A stretch of 64,000 nt of DNA from Octopus sinensis (Eukaryota). Shown in pieces: positions 25,196 to 37,486 of the stretch (position 1 is the first letter of the stretch; each line of letters begins with the position of its first letter). The notes beneath the pieces were generated by a model that was not told the origin of the DNA, ran no database searches, and saw only the letters and a list, made by a program, of their open reading frames with translations. The stretch lies in the NCBI RefSeq assembly GCF_006345805.1, contig NC_043005.1:15500001-15564000 (forward strand), given 5' to 3'. The position numbers and the translations under genes are program-made.

Positions 25196-25424
25196 AGAGA
25201 GAGAGCATTTTACAAACAGTAAATCTTCATTAGACCATACAAACAGGAAGAAATATATCTGTTTTAGCTGATCGTCCAAGTTAATACTGCACACATATGT
25301 ATGCTATTAGAAATGTATAGATTCTATGTTGAACTTGATATACATCAAGAAAATTGCAGAAAAGACAGTAAATACAGTTTTACTTTATAAAACAAATTTA
25401 TCATCATCATTTTTATCATATCAG

Positions 25425-25922
25425 AACCAAAATCGAAGTCGATCAACATCAATGGAAATTGCGGCTGTGATACCAGTGCCGGTGACAAGTAAGCGAACCA
25501 TCCGATTGTGGCTGTTGCCAGCGCCGCCCCGACTGGCCTCCGTGCCGGTGACACGTAAAAAGCACCATCCGTTCGTGGCCATTGCCAGCGCCGCCCCGAC
25601 TGGCCTCCGTGCCGGTGGCATGTAAAAGCACCATCCGTTCATGTCCGTTGCCAGCCTCGCCTCGCCCCCGTGCCTGTGGCACATAAAAGCACCATCCATT
25701 CGTAGCCATTTGCCAGCACCGTCTGGCACCTGTGCGGATGGCACGTAAAAAACACCCACTACACTCGCGGAGTGGTTGGCATTAGGAAGGGCATCCAGCT
25801 GTAGAAACACTGCCAGATCAAACTGGGCCTGATGCAGCCTTCTGGCTTCACAGACCCCAGTTGAACCGTCCAACCCATGCTAGCATGGAGGGCGGACGCT
25901 AAATGATGATGATGATGATGGT
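25425..25922 (+). mobile_element. RTE 3'UTR-derived element with about 67-bp VNTR
   Basis: Repeat units start at 25517, 25584, 25650; (ATG)n tail. Confidence 0.9.
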
Positions 25923-26140
25923 GATTTTAACAACCATTTTTCTATGCTAGCATGAGTCAGACAGAGTTCATTGATGCACATTTTCTATGACCAGATGCCT
26001 TTCCTGTCATCAACTGTAAAAATTGGATGAGGTTAAAGGGTGACCAATCATACAGGAGTTAAAAGAGAGAAGAGATGATTGACAGTATAGAAAAAGGGAT
26101 AGGGTTAGATGAAGAGCAGCAGAATAGTGATAATAATAAT

Positions 26141-26485
26141 CATCATCATCATCATCGTTTAACGGCCACTTTCCATGCTAGCATGGGATGGACGGTTCAA
26201 CTGGGGTCTGGGAAGCCAGAAGGCTGCATCAGGCCCAGTCTGATCTGGCAATGTTTCTACGGCTGGATGCCCTTCCTAACGCCAACCACTCTGTGAGTGT
26301 AGTGGGTGCTTTTTACGTGCCACCGGCACAGGTGCCAGACGGGGCTGGCAAACGGCCATGGTCGGATGGTGCTTTTTACGTTGTCACCGGCAAGGTTGGC
26401 AACGGCCACGTTCGGATGGTTCACTTACGTGCCACTGGCACTGGTATCACAGCTGCAATTTCCATAGATGTTGATCGATTTCGAT
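26141..26485 (-). mobile_element. RTE 3'UTR-derived element
   Basis: Family match, inverted relative to 25425-25922. Confidence 0.9.
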
Positions 26486-26779
26486 AATAATAGAAGAGAG
26501 AGGAGTGGGTGAAAGTAAGATGACATGGTGTTGTGTATGTATATATAATTACCGTGGTATGGAAATCAGGTAAAAAAAATGTAAATTCATTTAAATAACC
26601 AATACTCTCCACACTATATACCGAGTGCTCTCTCCCTCTTTCATTTACAAACTGCAACATTTGAATGTATGAATGTGAGCATAATTCAAATTCTGTGCAT
26701 CTGTTGAATTGTTAAACAAATGAGAGTGGGGTGCATTGTGCAAATTGTAGAGAGAGCAGATGGTTGATAGAAACTGAAA

Positions 26780-27357
26780 GGCGGCGAGCTGGGAGAAACG
26801 TTAGCACGCCGGGCGAAATGCGTAGCCGTATTTCATCTGCCGCTACCGACTTTGCCTTTCATCCTTTCGGGGTCGATAAATTAAGTACCAGTTACGCACT
26901 GGGGGGGGGGGGGGGGTCGATGTAATCGGCTTAATCCGTCTGTCTGTCCTTGTTTGTCTCCTGTGTTTAGCCCCTTGTGGGTAGTGAAGAAATAGGTATT
27001 TCGTCTGCTGCTACGTTCTGAGTTCAAATTCCGCCGATGTCGACTTTGCCTTTCATCCTTTCGGGGTCGATAAATTAAGTACCAGTTACGCACTGGGGAT
27101 CGATGTAATCGACTTAATCCGTCTGTCTGTCCTTGTTTGTCTCCTGTGTTTAGCCCCTTGTGGGTAGTAAAGAAATAGGTATTTCGTCTGCCGTTATGTT
27201 CTGAGTTCAAATTCCGCCGAGGTCGACTTGGCCTTTCATCCTCGATAAATTAAGTACCAGTTACGCACTGGGGATCGATGTAATCGACTTAATCCCTTTG
27301 TCTGTCTTTGTTTGTCCCCTCTATGTTTAGCCTCTTGTGGGCAATAAAGAAATAAGA
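26780..27357 (+). mobile_element. SINE family B, three tandem partial copies
   Basis: Units restart at about 26830, 26998 and 27181. Confidence 0.85.
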
Positions 27358-27716
27358 AAAAAGAAACTGAGTGTTTATCCTGTAACTCATGTAATATGCC
27401 ATCATAAAGTTCGAGCAAGAGCTGACAGACAGAGGTGTGAAACTCAAGTTGTGAGATAAGCATTCAGTTTCCGTTGGTTCTATATTATAAAGGGAGTAAG
27501 AGAGAGGAAGGAAACACTTGACTCAACATCTCTATCTTGTAGAAAATAAAACCACAGTCTAAGATGTGAAACATTGTATTGTGCTTAAGCACTTTGTTAC
27601 GTATTTCACCGAAACTAAAAGGAAAGCGTAAAAAACTTAGAAAACCACTTAATCTTCTCTGAACCACAAGAATTGATACTTAATTCAAATTTCTATAGTA
27701 ATAATGCCCTGAGACA

Positions 27717-28122
27717 TAGGTGCAGGAGTGGCTGTGTGGTAAGTAGCTTGTTTACCAACCACATGGCTCCGGGTTCAGTCCCCCTGCGTGGCACCTTGGG
27801 CAAGTGTCTTCTACTATAGCCTCGGGCCGACCAAAGCCTTGTGAGTGGATTTGGTAGACAGAAACTGAAAGAAGCCCGTCGTATATATGTATATATATAT
27901 ATGCGTGTGTGTGTTTGTGTGTCTGTGTTTGTCTGCCTAGCGTTGCTTGACAACCGATGCTGGTGTGTTTATGTCCCTGTTACTTAGCGGTTTGGCAAAA
28001 GAGACTGATAGAATAAGTACTGGGCTTACAAAAGAATAAGTCCCGGGGTCGAGTTGCTCGATTAAAGGCGGTGCTCCAGCATGGCCACAGTCAAATGACT
28101 GAAACAAGTAAAAGAGTAAAGA
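27717..28122 (+). mobile_element. SINE family A
   Basis: Full-length match. Confidence 0.9.
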
Positions 28123-28384
28123 GAGACACACATACACACTGATATAATACCAGTCTTTTGTTGTGAGTTTTCTCCCATAGCTGCAACTAAACTCATCATT
28201 GCAAACCATGCAAATGAGAAAATACCTGTTAATTATATGGTGCTTCACCTCATGGGATATGTTTACAGCTAGGAAGACTGATTCATGGAGAGCAAAGCAT
28301 CTTGAAACACAAGTATTGAAATCTTTACATGTTCATTAGACTTGTTAAAAAAAACAGCCAAATATCCTGCAAATCACAACCATC

Positions 28385-28752
28385 AAGAGTGGCTGTGTGG
28401 TAAGTAGCTTGTTTACCAACCACATGGTTCCGGGTTCAGTCCCACTGCGTGGCCCCTTGGGCAAGTGTCTTCTGCTATAGCCTTGGCCGACCAAAGCCTT
28501 GTGAGTGGATTTGGTGACGGAAACTGAAAGAAGCCTATCGTATATATGTACATATATATATATATGCGTGTGTGTTTGTCCCCCTAGCATTGCATGGTGT
28601 GTTTATGTCCCCGTTACTTAGCAGTTCGGCAAAAGAGACCAATAGAATAAGTACTGGGCTTACAAAAGAACAAGTCCCGGTGTCGAGTTGCTCGATTAAA
28701 GGCAGTGCTCCAGCATGGCCGCAGTCAATTGACTGAAACAAGTAAAAGAGTA
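28385..28752 (+). mobile_element. SINE family A
   Basis: Full-length match. Confidence 0.9.
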
Positions 28753-28959
28753 TCTAAAAACAATGATACATTAAAAAATGTAGTTACTGATATATAAGCA
28801 GATGTAATGGTCACTACCAGAATGTTTTGGATCATAAATTTACTCATTCAAGGCTGACCAGGAGCTTAGCAATAACAAATCTTTCATTCAATACAAAATA
28901 CTTACAAATTTGTCCAACTATACCAGCATGGAAAATGGACATTAAATGATTTTTTTTTA

Positions 28960-29318
28960 TTATTTGTTTTAGACATTTGGCTGCAGCCATGCTGGAGCAC
29001 CACCTTTAGTTGAAATCATACCCAGGACTTATTTTTTGTAAGCCTAGTACTTATACTATGTCTCTTGTCGAACTGCTAAGTTACGGGTTATAAATACACC
29101 AACATCAGTTGTCAAGCTCACACACACACACACACACACACATACATATATACGACGGGATTCTTTCAGTTTCCGTCTATCAAATCCACTCACAAGGCTT
29201 TGGTCAGCCTGAAGCTATAGTAGAAGACACTTGCCCAAGGTGCCATGCAGTGGGATTGAACCCAGAACCATGTGGTTGGTAAGCAAGCTACTTAGCACAC
29301 AGCCATTCCTGAGCCTAT
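28960..29318 (-). mobile_element. SINE family A
   Basis: Reverse-complement match. Confidence 0.87.
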
Positions 29319-30220
29319 GATGAGGAGATCTATCTATTATTACATTGAATTAGTTTTCAATGTTTGTTTATTCATCAATCTAATCAACATCATGATCATT
29401 ACATCCACATTTCCCTTGCTGGCATGGGTTAAGATTTATTGCAGCAGTATTCTATGATCTGATGCCCTTCTTGTAGCTAGCCCATATCCATTTTTCAAGG
29501 AGGTAGGACGGGCTGTGAAAGGGGTCTCAGAGAGTAGCATCCATGCCTTCCTGAGCTACTGTTCCACCACATTTCTTAAAAATCGTGGTAGAGGCCTTGG
29601 TCTCTGGGCCACTTGTGTCTAGAAACTGAAGTTGGGGGTAAGCAAGGGCATGCACCCTGTAGAAATTCCAGCTCCAAAAAAGCCTCACATTAGCAAAGGA
29701 GAATGGGCACCAGCCAGCCTCAAAGGTTGGGATGGACTGCACATACCTACCTCGGTTGCTATGGCAATGAGGTAGATCCAGCCACCCCCGTTAACGGGGA
29801 CAAAACCTGAATTTAAAGCACTGGATGATGATGATGATGAAGTAAGATATTTTTATTCAACTGTTGATGTGTCTTCATACATTAACAAGTAAATATAACA
29901 CTCCATCCCTTAATGTCAATGCAAAGACACAAGGCAAATACTCAGGTACATACTCAGAGGCTTCCATGCAGCTTTTGATAAATTTCACTCAGAAAGCAGT
30001 GGTCAACTCAAGGCTGCTAGAGTAGAAGAGAATATAAAACTCGGCTGTTTCGCTTTATTTCTTTCCTATCATGTTTTCCCTGAAGAAGGACTATCTGACA
30101 CATTAGAATTTTCCACTCCCTATGTCAAGCTCACAGAACTCTTTTTGTCAATCTCACTAGTTAATACAAGTTTTGCCAATACAGACCAACACCAGTCTCT
30201 GAGTTCTGTTTGGTCTCTGC

Positions 30221-31725
30221 ATTGGGTCATACCATAAATAATGTGGATTTTTTACATTTGCATACACTAAATGTCAGAGGGGGACAGGATAAACTACCTG
30301 TATCAACTTGCTATAAAAGCAGGTAGGAATTTTACCTTGTACTTATTCTTAGTGCAAATTTTGAAGAGTGCAGTTCGATTTTAATAGTTTTTTTTTTTTT
30401 CAAAGCTATAATGGAAGTGACAAAGGAGCATATTCAGCATATTTTGGTTTTATGAGTTCAATAAAGGCAACAACGCAACAGAATGTGTGAGAAATATTAA
30501 TGCAGTGTATGGGGATCGGATAATAAGCGCAAGCCAGTGTCAACAGTGGTTCCACAAATTCCAAACTGGAAACTACAACCTAGAAAACAAGCCTCATCCT
30601 GGAAAATCTGTGGAGCTCAATGAGGACGTCCTGCAAACCCTGGTGGGACAAAATCCCATCGTAACTGTTGAGGAACTAGCAGAGAAGCTTGGATTTGGTC
30701 ATTCAACCATTCATTGACATCTGCGTGCCATCGGAAAAGTCAACAAACTCGGTCAACGGGTTCCTTACAAACTTTCCAAGTGTAATTGTGTACAGGGAGT
30801 GAATGTGTGCTCTTCTTTGCTGTCATGTCTAACAAATGAACCTTTTTTGGACTGAATAGTGACTTGGTGACAAGAAATGGGTTCTCTATAAAAATGTCAA
30901 GTGCCAAAGACAGCAGGTAGGGAAAGGAGAAACACTGGCACCCCGGGCTAAAGAAGGTCTTCACCCACATAAGGTGTTGTTATCTGGTGAGACAGAAAGG
31001 GTTTAGTCCACTTTGAACTTTTAACCCTTTAGTGTTCGCATTATTTTGCCAAAACTAATGCTTTTTTATCCACACTGTTTTGAACTAATCATGCATTATC
31101 TTGTAGCTATGAGATTTTGATGAGGTAGCTGTTAATTTTTAAAACGATATTGTAGGGTTGGTGTGAAAAACCAGATCTGGCCAGTTTGAACATAGCACAG
31201 GCAGAATACTTTTGGCCGGATATGGCCGGTTTAATTGCTAAAGGGTTAAACCCAAACCAAATGATAAAGATCTACAGTAAGCAGCTTGAGTGGCTTAGGT
31301 CAGTGCTAGAAGAAAAGCAACCGTCTTTGTTTTCAAGATGAAAGGAATTCTCCCATTAGGATAATGCTTGGCCACATACAACGAGGATGATATTCCAAAG
31401 ACTGGAGCAGTTTGAATGGGAAACAATGCCCCACCCACCATATTTGTTGGACATTGCCTCATCTGATTATCATTCATTCCAGTCTTCAAAATCATTTGGA
31501 CAGAAAAAATATGAATTCTGTAGATAAGGTAAGAGCAGTACTGGAGAAGTAGTTTTCATCATGGACAAGTGAATTTTGAAAGAGGGGCCTTGCAAGTTTA
31601 CCAGATACTTGAAAGAGCATTGTAGAAATTGAAGGAGTATAATTTAGATTAAAAAAGAACTTTGTTTATCTTAATTTTGAAAAAAGTACAAAAATAAAAA
31701 CACATTATTTATAGGATGACCCAAT
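30221..31725 (+). mobile_element. Full-length mariner transposon (degenerate transposase) with nested MITE
   Basis: TIRs attgggtcataccataaataatg / cattatttataggatgacccaat; ATG at 30411; WVP-like, DEKW-like and HPPY...SDYH motifs; about 1.28 kb without the insert. Confidence 0.92.
31021..31249. mobile_element. TTAA MITE family 2 inserted in the mariner transposase ORF
   Basis: TTAA TSD both sides, inverted orientation. Confidence 0.88.
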
Positions 31726-32553
31726 AGAATATGCCTGCTCAAGAGGGAAAGAACCCAAAACTATATGGTTTTGAGTGAACTTCTTAAACAAGCAGCCATA
31801 CCTGTGCCTTTATATAGATATATATAATTTAAGGCTAACTGAAGAGAACTACAACCAGAGTTTGTGTTCATTGGCAATATGACTCACCCAAAGTAGAAAA
31901 TCAGTTTCAAATCAGAATTAATGCAAAATAAATTCAACAACAATTGCATCATCATTTTTATTGTCTACTTTTCTATGCTTGAATGGGTCAGACAAAATTC
32001 ATTGAAACAGACTTTCTATGGTCGACTGCTCCTCTTGTTGAAAATTCTCAACTGTTTCCCAGCTGAGAACTCTAGAGTTCACTAATCACGAAAATGGCTT
32101 TAACCAACCTGTTTTTCATGAAAAACTACAAATGACCACCACCAATTGTAGGACTGAAATTTATCTACAATTAGTCCACAATGACATGACAAGTATATAA
32201 ACACACGATGGACTTCTTCCAGTTACTGTGAAATCAACAGCCTTCAGTCAAGCAAGGTGAGTTTATAAATCAATTTAGTTGTCTTATAAATGTTAATGCC
32301 CAGATAAATGAGAGCAATGTGCGTTTTTCAAACCTCATATTTCTTTGTATAAAATTGTCCAGTTGTCATGGCTACTGGGATGCTTAGATGTAAAATAGCC
32401 ACCAGTATGAGAACACAAGAGAAGTGTTTTATAAAAAGATATGTAAAAGATCATAAACAGACAATCAATGAAATTGTAAATCTAAATGACCTTTTAAACT
32501 CTTAGGGGATTTTAGTTGAGCTCCAGGTCAGCCTAGCAATGATTGCTAAGCTG

Positions 32554-32968
32554 ACCCATAAATAATGTGTTTTTTATTTTTATACTTCTTTTATTTTTCA
32601 AAATTAAGATAAAGTTCTTTTTTAATCTAAATTATACTCTCCTTCAATTTCTACAATGCTCTTCCAACTATCTGGTAAACTTGCAAGGCCCCTCTTTCAA
32701 AGTCCACTTGTCCATGATGAAAACTACTTCTCCAGTACTGCTCTGACCTTATCAACAGAATTCATATTTTTTCCGTCCAAATGATTTTGAAGACTGCAGA
32801 ATGAATGATAATCAGATGAGGCAATGTCCAACAAATATGGTGGGTGGGGCATTGTTTCCCATTCAAACTGCTCCAGTCTTTGGAACATCATCCTCGTATG
32901 TGGCTGAGCATTATCCTGATGAAGAATTCCTTTCATCTTGAAAACGAAGATGGTTGCTTTTCTCCTGG
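32554..32968 (-). mobile_element. Mariner 3' fragment (same family)
   Basis: LHQDNAQPH...HPPYLLDIASSDYH...LQNHL; partial TIR. Confidence 0.88.
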
Positions 32969-33300
32969 AAAGATGACATCATTCCAGATATGACTATCCC
33001 ATCTTTTGAGAGTGTAGCTAAGATTACATTACCCAACATTTTCTATTGAATATGATAGTGTGATTTCAAGATCTGGCTACTATTACTAGCAAAATGATAG
33101 GAGATAGTTTTACCACAGTTATCTCAAAATGCACACCATATGGAGGAAGAAGCAGTAAAAAATTTGATATTGGGTACTGAGGATAAAGGGAGGGGTGGAA
33201 ATGTGACATACAGTTCTTTTTAGTTTTTGTCTATTGAAATAATTTGAATGTCATATTACAAATTAGTCATTTGTGAATAAGCAAATAAACAAAACCAAAA

Positions 33301-33478
33301 ATATTCTATTGTGTCTGGGGAGAGCCATTTTCTTTTTGTGCTTTTTGAAAAGTTTGCAAGACGCAACGAAAATTTTAGGACAATAAAAATAAGAAAAACG
33401 TGGAAATTTTACCGGTGAGTGTGTGTTACATAATAAGACACAAAAAGAATATGTCTCTCCCCAGACACAATAGAATAT
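33301..33478. mobile_element. MITE with about 40-bp TIRs
   Basis: atattctattgtgtctggggagag...tttttgtg vs cacaaaaag...ctctccccagacacaatagaatat. Confidence 0.85.
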
Positions 33479-33639
33479 GCTTCAACACAAGAACTCATAT
33501 GAAGAATATTGCAAACCAAATCCAAAAACAAAAATATACTGTCTTATGCTTATAGCAAGATGGTCACCCATATCAAACTAGAACTCCAGACTGGGGGAAG
33601 GACATTGATGAAGTCTTGATAAAAGTAAAAGGATTATTT

Positions 33640-33874
33640 ACATTTGACGGATATTTGTCCTCATCTTGTTTGTTGTTAACACAACATTTTGGCTGATATA
33701 CCCTCCAGCCTTCTTCGGGTGTCTTGCGAAAATTTTGAACCTGGGTTCTCATAACTAAGGTATTTTTTCGATGATATTATTATTATTATTGTTGTTTTTG
33801 TTCAGGTCACTGCTTGGAATCGAACTTGGAATCTTGGGGTTAGTAGCCCACGTTCTTAACCACTACACCATATG
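33640..33874 (-). mobile_element. tRNA-derived SINE, family D, with hammerhead-containing tail
   Basis: tRNA-like head GGTGTAGTGGTTAAG...AAGTTCGATTCC, (AAT)n linker, then hammerhead-like motif. Confidence 0.7.
33678..33723 (-). ncRNA. Minimal type I hammerhead ribozyme relic (Penelope-type), probably inactive
   Basis: GACAC-CCGAAGA-A-GGCTG(gagggtatat)CAGCC-AAAA-TGTT-GTGTT. Stems I and II pair; the core differs from CTGAAGA/GAAACGTT at 3 positions. Confidence 0.6.
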
Positions 33875-34764
33875 AAAAAGGATGATAATTATAAAAGTTT
33901 GAGAAACACTTTTAAGATATCATAAAGCTAAGTGACAAATCTTCACATCAACAGATAACACATCCAGGTAAGCTGGAACTTATTTTTGACAGCTAAGTGA
34001 ACTGAGACAATGTTATTTACCAACTATATTTTTCAACTATGGCTTTTGAAACCAACGCTATTTGCGATCCTTCCGCAGAATCATTCTAGTCTTACTGGGG
34101 AACGGTTTCATGGTACATGGTACAGAAACAGCAAAATTCCTGCAGTAAATTTGAACTGCTGAGCCATGTACAGCAAATAATCTGATATGTAATGTACTAT
34201 GGGTCATCTTCCCTCAACATTTAAGGATACAACTTGGTCCTCAATCAGGACCAACAGTCTATGGAAGTGAGTGACCAGTTTTCTAAGATTCTCTATTGAA
34301 ATGTTTTTCTAAGGTCATATTTCTAAATTAAAACTATGAAGGCACATTAGCCAGCTATTGGTAATTGGTCGTGTGAGAAGAACATGAAAATAAATTTGAC
34401 ATCTAATTTATTGACAATACAGAGAACTTGCACACCAATGCAGGAGTACAACGTATAAGAAAATGATCATTTTAGTATTAACACAGAAAATGAAGATAAA
34501 TATAGGTCTAAAAAGAACAAAAATCATCCAAAGATTATGAAAATTTTGCATTACAGACATCCCTTTTCAAAGACAAAATATTTTTGACTTGACAAAGTAA
34601 TGAAATCTATAAAGATTACAGAAGATTGAAATAATCGTAGTATATAGTTGCTACTTATTTTACTGACCCCGGATCTACCAACTAGTTTTTACCTCAGAAT
34701 GGAGTGAACAAAGCTAAATTCTATAGAAAATAAAGTTCAACGTTATCATCATTATTATTAATAT

Positions 34765-34985
34765 TCATCTCAATCGAAGGAGAGGGGCTTTCTCCGTCCG
34801 GGTTGCGGATCCGTGGAACAAGCTGCCAGACGAGATGGTGAGGATGCCGACGACCGCTTTGTTCAAAGTCTCCATTGACCTCAAGTGGCCTGAACTCTTT
34901 ACATGAACACCACCCTGTACATAACTCCATGTCCCCCTACATGGCCTTGCTTTTTGCTTTTTGAGCCAAAAATTAACTAATTATT
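34765..34985 (+). mobile_element. CR1 LINE 3' end, short
   Basis: RRGAFSVRVADPWNKLPDEMV...FKVSID matches CR1 ORF2 C-terminus. Confidence 0.75.
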
Positions 34986-36829
34986 ATTCGTCAATGACTG
35001 CTTGTCTTGATATTTGTCACCTGGGTACAAAGGCATTTGTCAAACTACAAAATTATAGCATAATGAATTAACCCAGAGATATTCCGACATACGTATTTAA
35101 TATTTTCTGGGAGAGTGAAGCTAGGAGTCGACTCAAAGCAGAGTTTGACTTCAGAGTATAGAGGGACATAACTGACGTTCATAAAACATGCAATTAGTAA
35201 ACTCGACTAAGGTCGAGCACAGAACCATTTCTTCACCACACCACATGGCTTTTCCATCAATTACTAAATATGATGCGATTCAGTTTCGTGGATCCCTGAT
35301 CATGATCAGTCAAGTTGTTGACAAACAGCAGGTACTTTTATTTACATGTTAAATAGAAAATATTACACACAGCTAAGAAGAACAAACGATTAGCCATTTT
35401 TTGAAGTGTCTTTCGTAAAATCTATTTCTCGTTCTAAATACATAATCAAAATATTCACAATCGCTGAGTTAAACATGAAAAATCGAAAGTATTATGTTGC
35501 TGAATTAGTTTCATTTTAAATTTTCACTTCCTCAAAATTATGATTGACTAATTTTCTTAAGATTTTCTATCGAAATAAGTGTTTTTACAATGTAAAAGAT
35601 CACAGACAATCAATGAAATTGCAAATTATATCTAAATGACCTTTTAAACTCCTAGGGGATTTTTAGTTGAGCTCCAGGTCAGCCTAGCAATCAACATCCA
35701 GATATAACTATACCATCTTTTGAGAGTGTAGCTAAGATTACATTACTTTTGTAAGACTACAACTAAGATACACACACACACATATATACATACCCCATGT
35801 TTTATTATTAACGAAATTATAAATGCAGAAAGAAAAACTACAGTATTTCAGGTCGAATAGTCCAGAATGGATTGTGAAAGCGGATGTAAATATTTTGATA
35901 TTTTATAATTTGTGAAATGAGAAGTACTAATTATCGTAGTATGTGTAATCAAAAAATTGACCTGGTTTAATTAATTTACTAAAGCAAAATTAAATGACCG
36001 AGCATATTTCAAGTGTTTTACAGTGAATATTATGTTAACACGTGGGCAGTTACTGCTGCCAAGATAAAACATTGTTACATAGTATGTGTGTGTGTGGAGT
36101 GTAATATGACAGAGCAAAAAGCTGGCGAGGTCGGTCAGCTGGGTTCAACAGTTCGTTTCCAGTAAGTATCCGTAGTCAAATCTAAACTTTTGACTATGTA
36201 CCCTGTAAACATAAAATGATAGTCCACCTAGTTGTAAACACGAGCAGTTTCTCGACAGCTACAGTACTGAATGAGAGAGAGACTAATATACACAAATGAA
36301 AACCTTTTTCTGAATAAAAGACACTGGTCACAGCTAGAACAGTTTGCCCATCCAAGTCTGATATAGTGTTAGAAAACGACCTACGCAAAAGCTTCTTATG
36401 AAATCGGGAATGCTTTCTGTACATTGCAACAAATTAGTCATATGATCAACAGTATCATGTTTACATTCACTTTTCCAATGTTATGGGCTAGACGGGATAT
36501 TTCGAAGCAACGGGTTAGTGTCAGAAAGATACCAACCCGTTGCCTTTTGCGACACTTTGTTTTGGTCTGTCTTAACGAAGGGAAGCACCCACGACTCTCT
36601 AAGTGCCTTCAAAACAATGTGGCAGAATGTGATCAATTAAATCCTTAGATCTGAGCCTTTTGACCAGCATGTTCACAACAAAATAGACTCCGTTAAAAGA
36701 ACAAAAGAAAAAAAAAAAGAAGCCAAATGGTGGTCTTAAACTAGGCGATGGATTAAGCATACGCTCAAAGAACAGAAACGATCGCTCCTGGCAGATTTTG
36801 TATCAGTTTCTGTATATTCTTTTCTACTT

Positions 36830-36980
36830 TAGGTACTGAAATTTTTAGGGAGAGGGCTAGTAGATTAGATCGATCCCAGTACGCAACTGCTACTTATTTA
36901 TCGACCCCGAAAGGATGAAAGGCGGAATTTGAACTCACAACGTAACGACAGACGAAATACCGCTAATCATTTCGCCCGCC
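36830..36980 (-). mobile_element. SINE family B, deleted copy
   Basis: Core and head fragments match. Confidence 0.75.
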
Positions 36981-37486
36981 CTCAGTTTCTGTATATTAAA
37001 AAAAAAGTTCTAATTGCCCAATGTGGTATCGAACCAGAACCACGTAATTAGTAAGCATAGCTACAATCGCATATCTGCAATTGAATTAGAAAATGACTAC
37101 AACGAATATTAAGTTTACGCCTTTGGTTTTCTAAGAGCGCAAGTAGCATAAGAGAAATGAAATGGCTCCCAACCGAGAATCGAAACCACATTCCTTGGAA
37201 TATTACCTCCTGTTCTAGTCCTCACCACAAAACAGAATTCCCGAAAAAGGCCGAGTCTCCCACGCGGTTTTCAATATCCTCTTCAAATAGTTTATATCAC
37301 TATTATTAACCAGACCTTTATCACAGCTTAATGGTAGAACAAAACCTAGAATTACATTAAAATTTGGTCTGTATTACTCACAAAGCCTTACATCCTGTTA
37401 GTGATTACATATTGACAGTTTTATAAACTATATATTCGCTACAAAATAGATTAGCAGAAAGACAAGAGGACGCCTAGCAGAATTAC

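Noticed and set aside
1008-29318. Many 60-150 aa ORFs such as 1008-1340, 1791-2213, 25421-25873, 26881-27210, 27693-27953
   Set aside because: They are translations of SINE and RTE-tail repeats recurring across copies, not genes.
30080-30105. CTGAAGAAGG hammerhead-like start
   Set aside because: No stem II partner or GAAA.
33805-33874. tRNA gene (also 23416-23490, 47810-47882, 37150-37230)
   Set aside because: A/B boxes are present but acceptor stems are incomplete and each continues into a repeat body; SINE heads.
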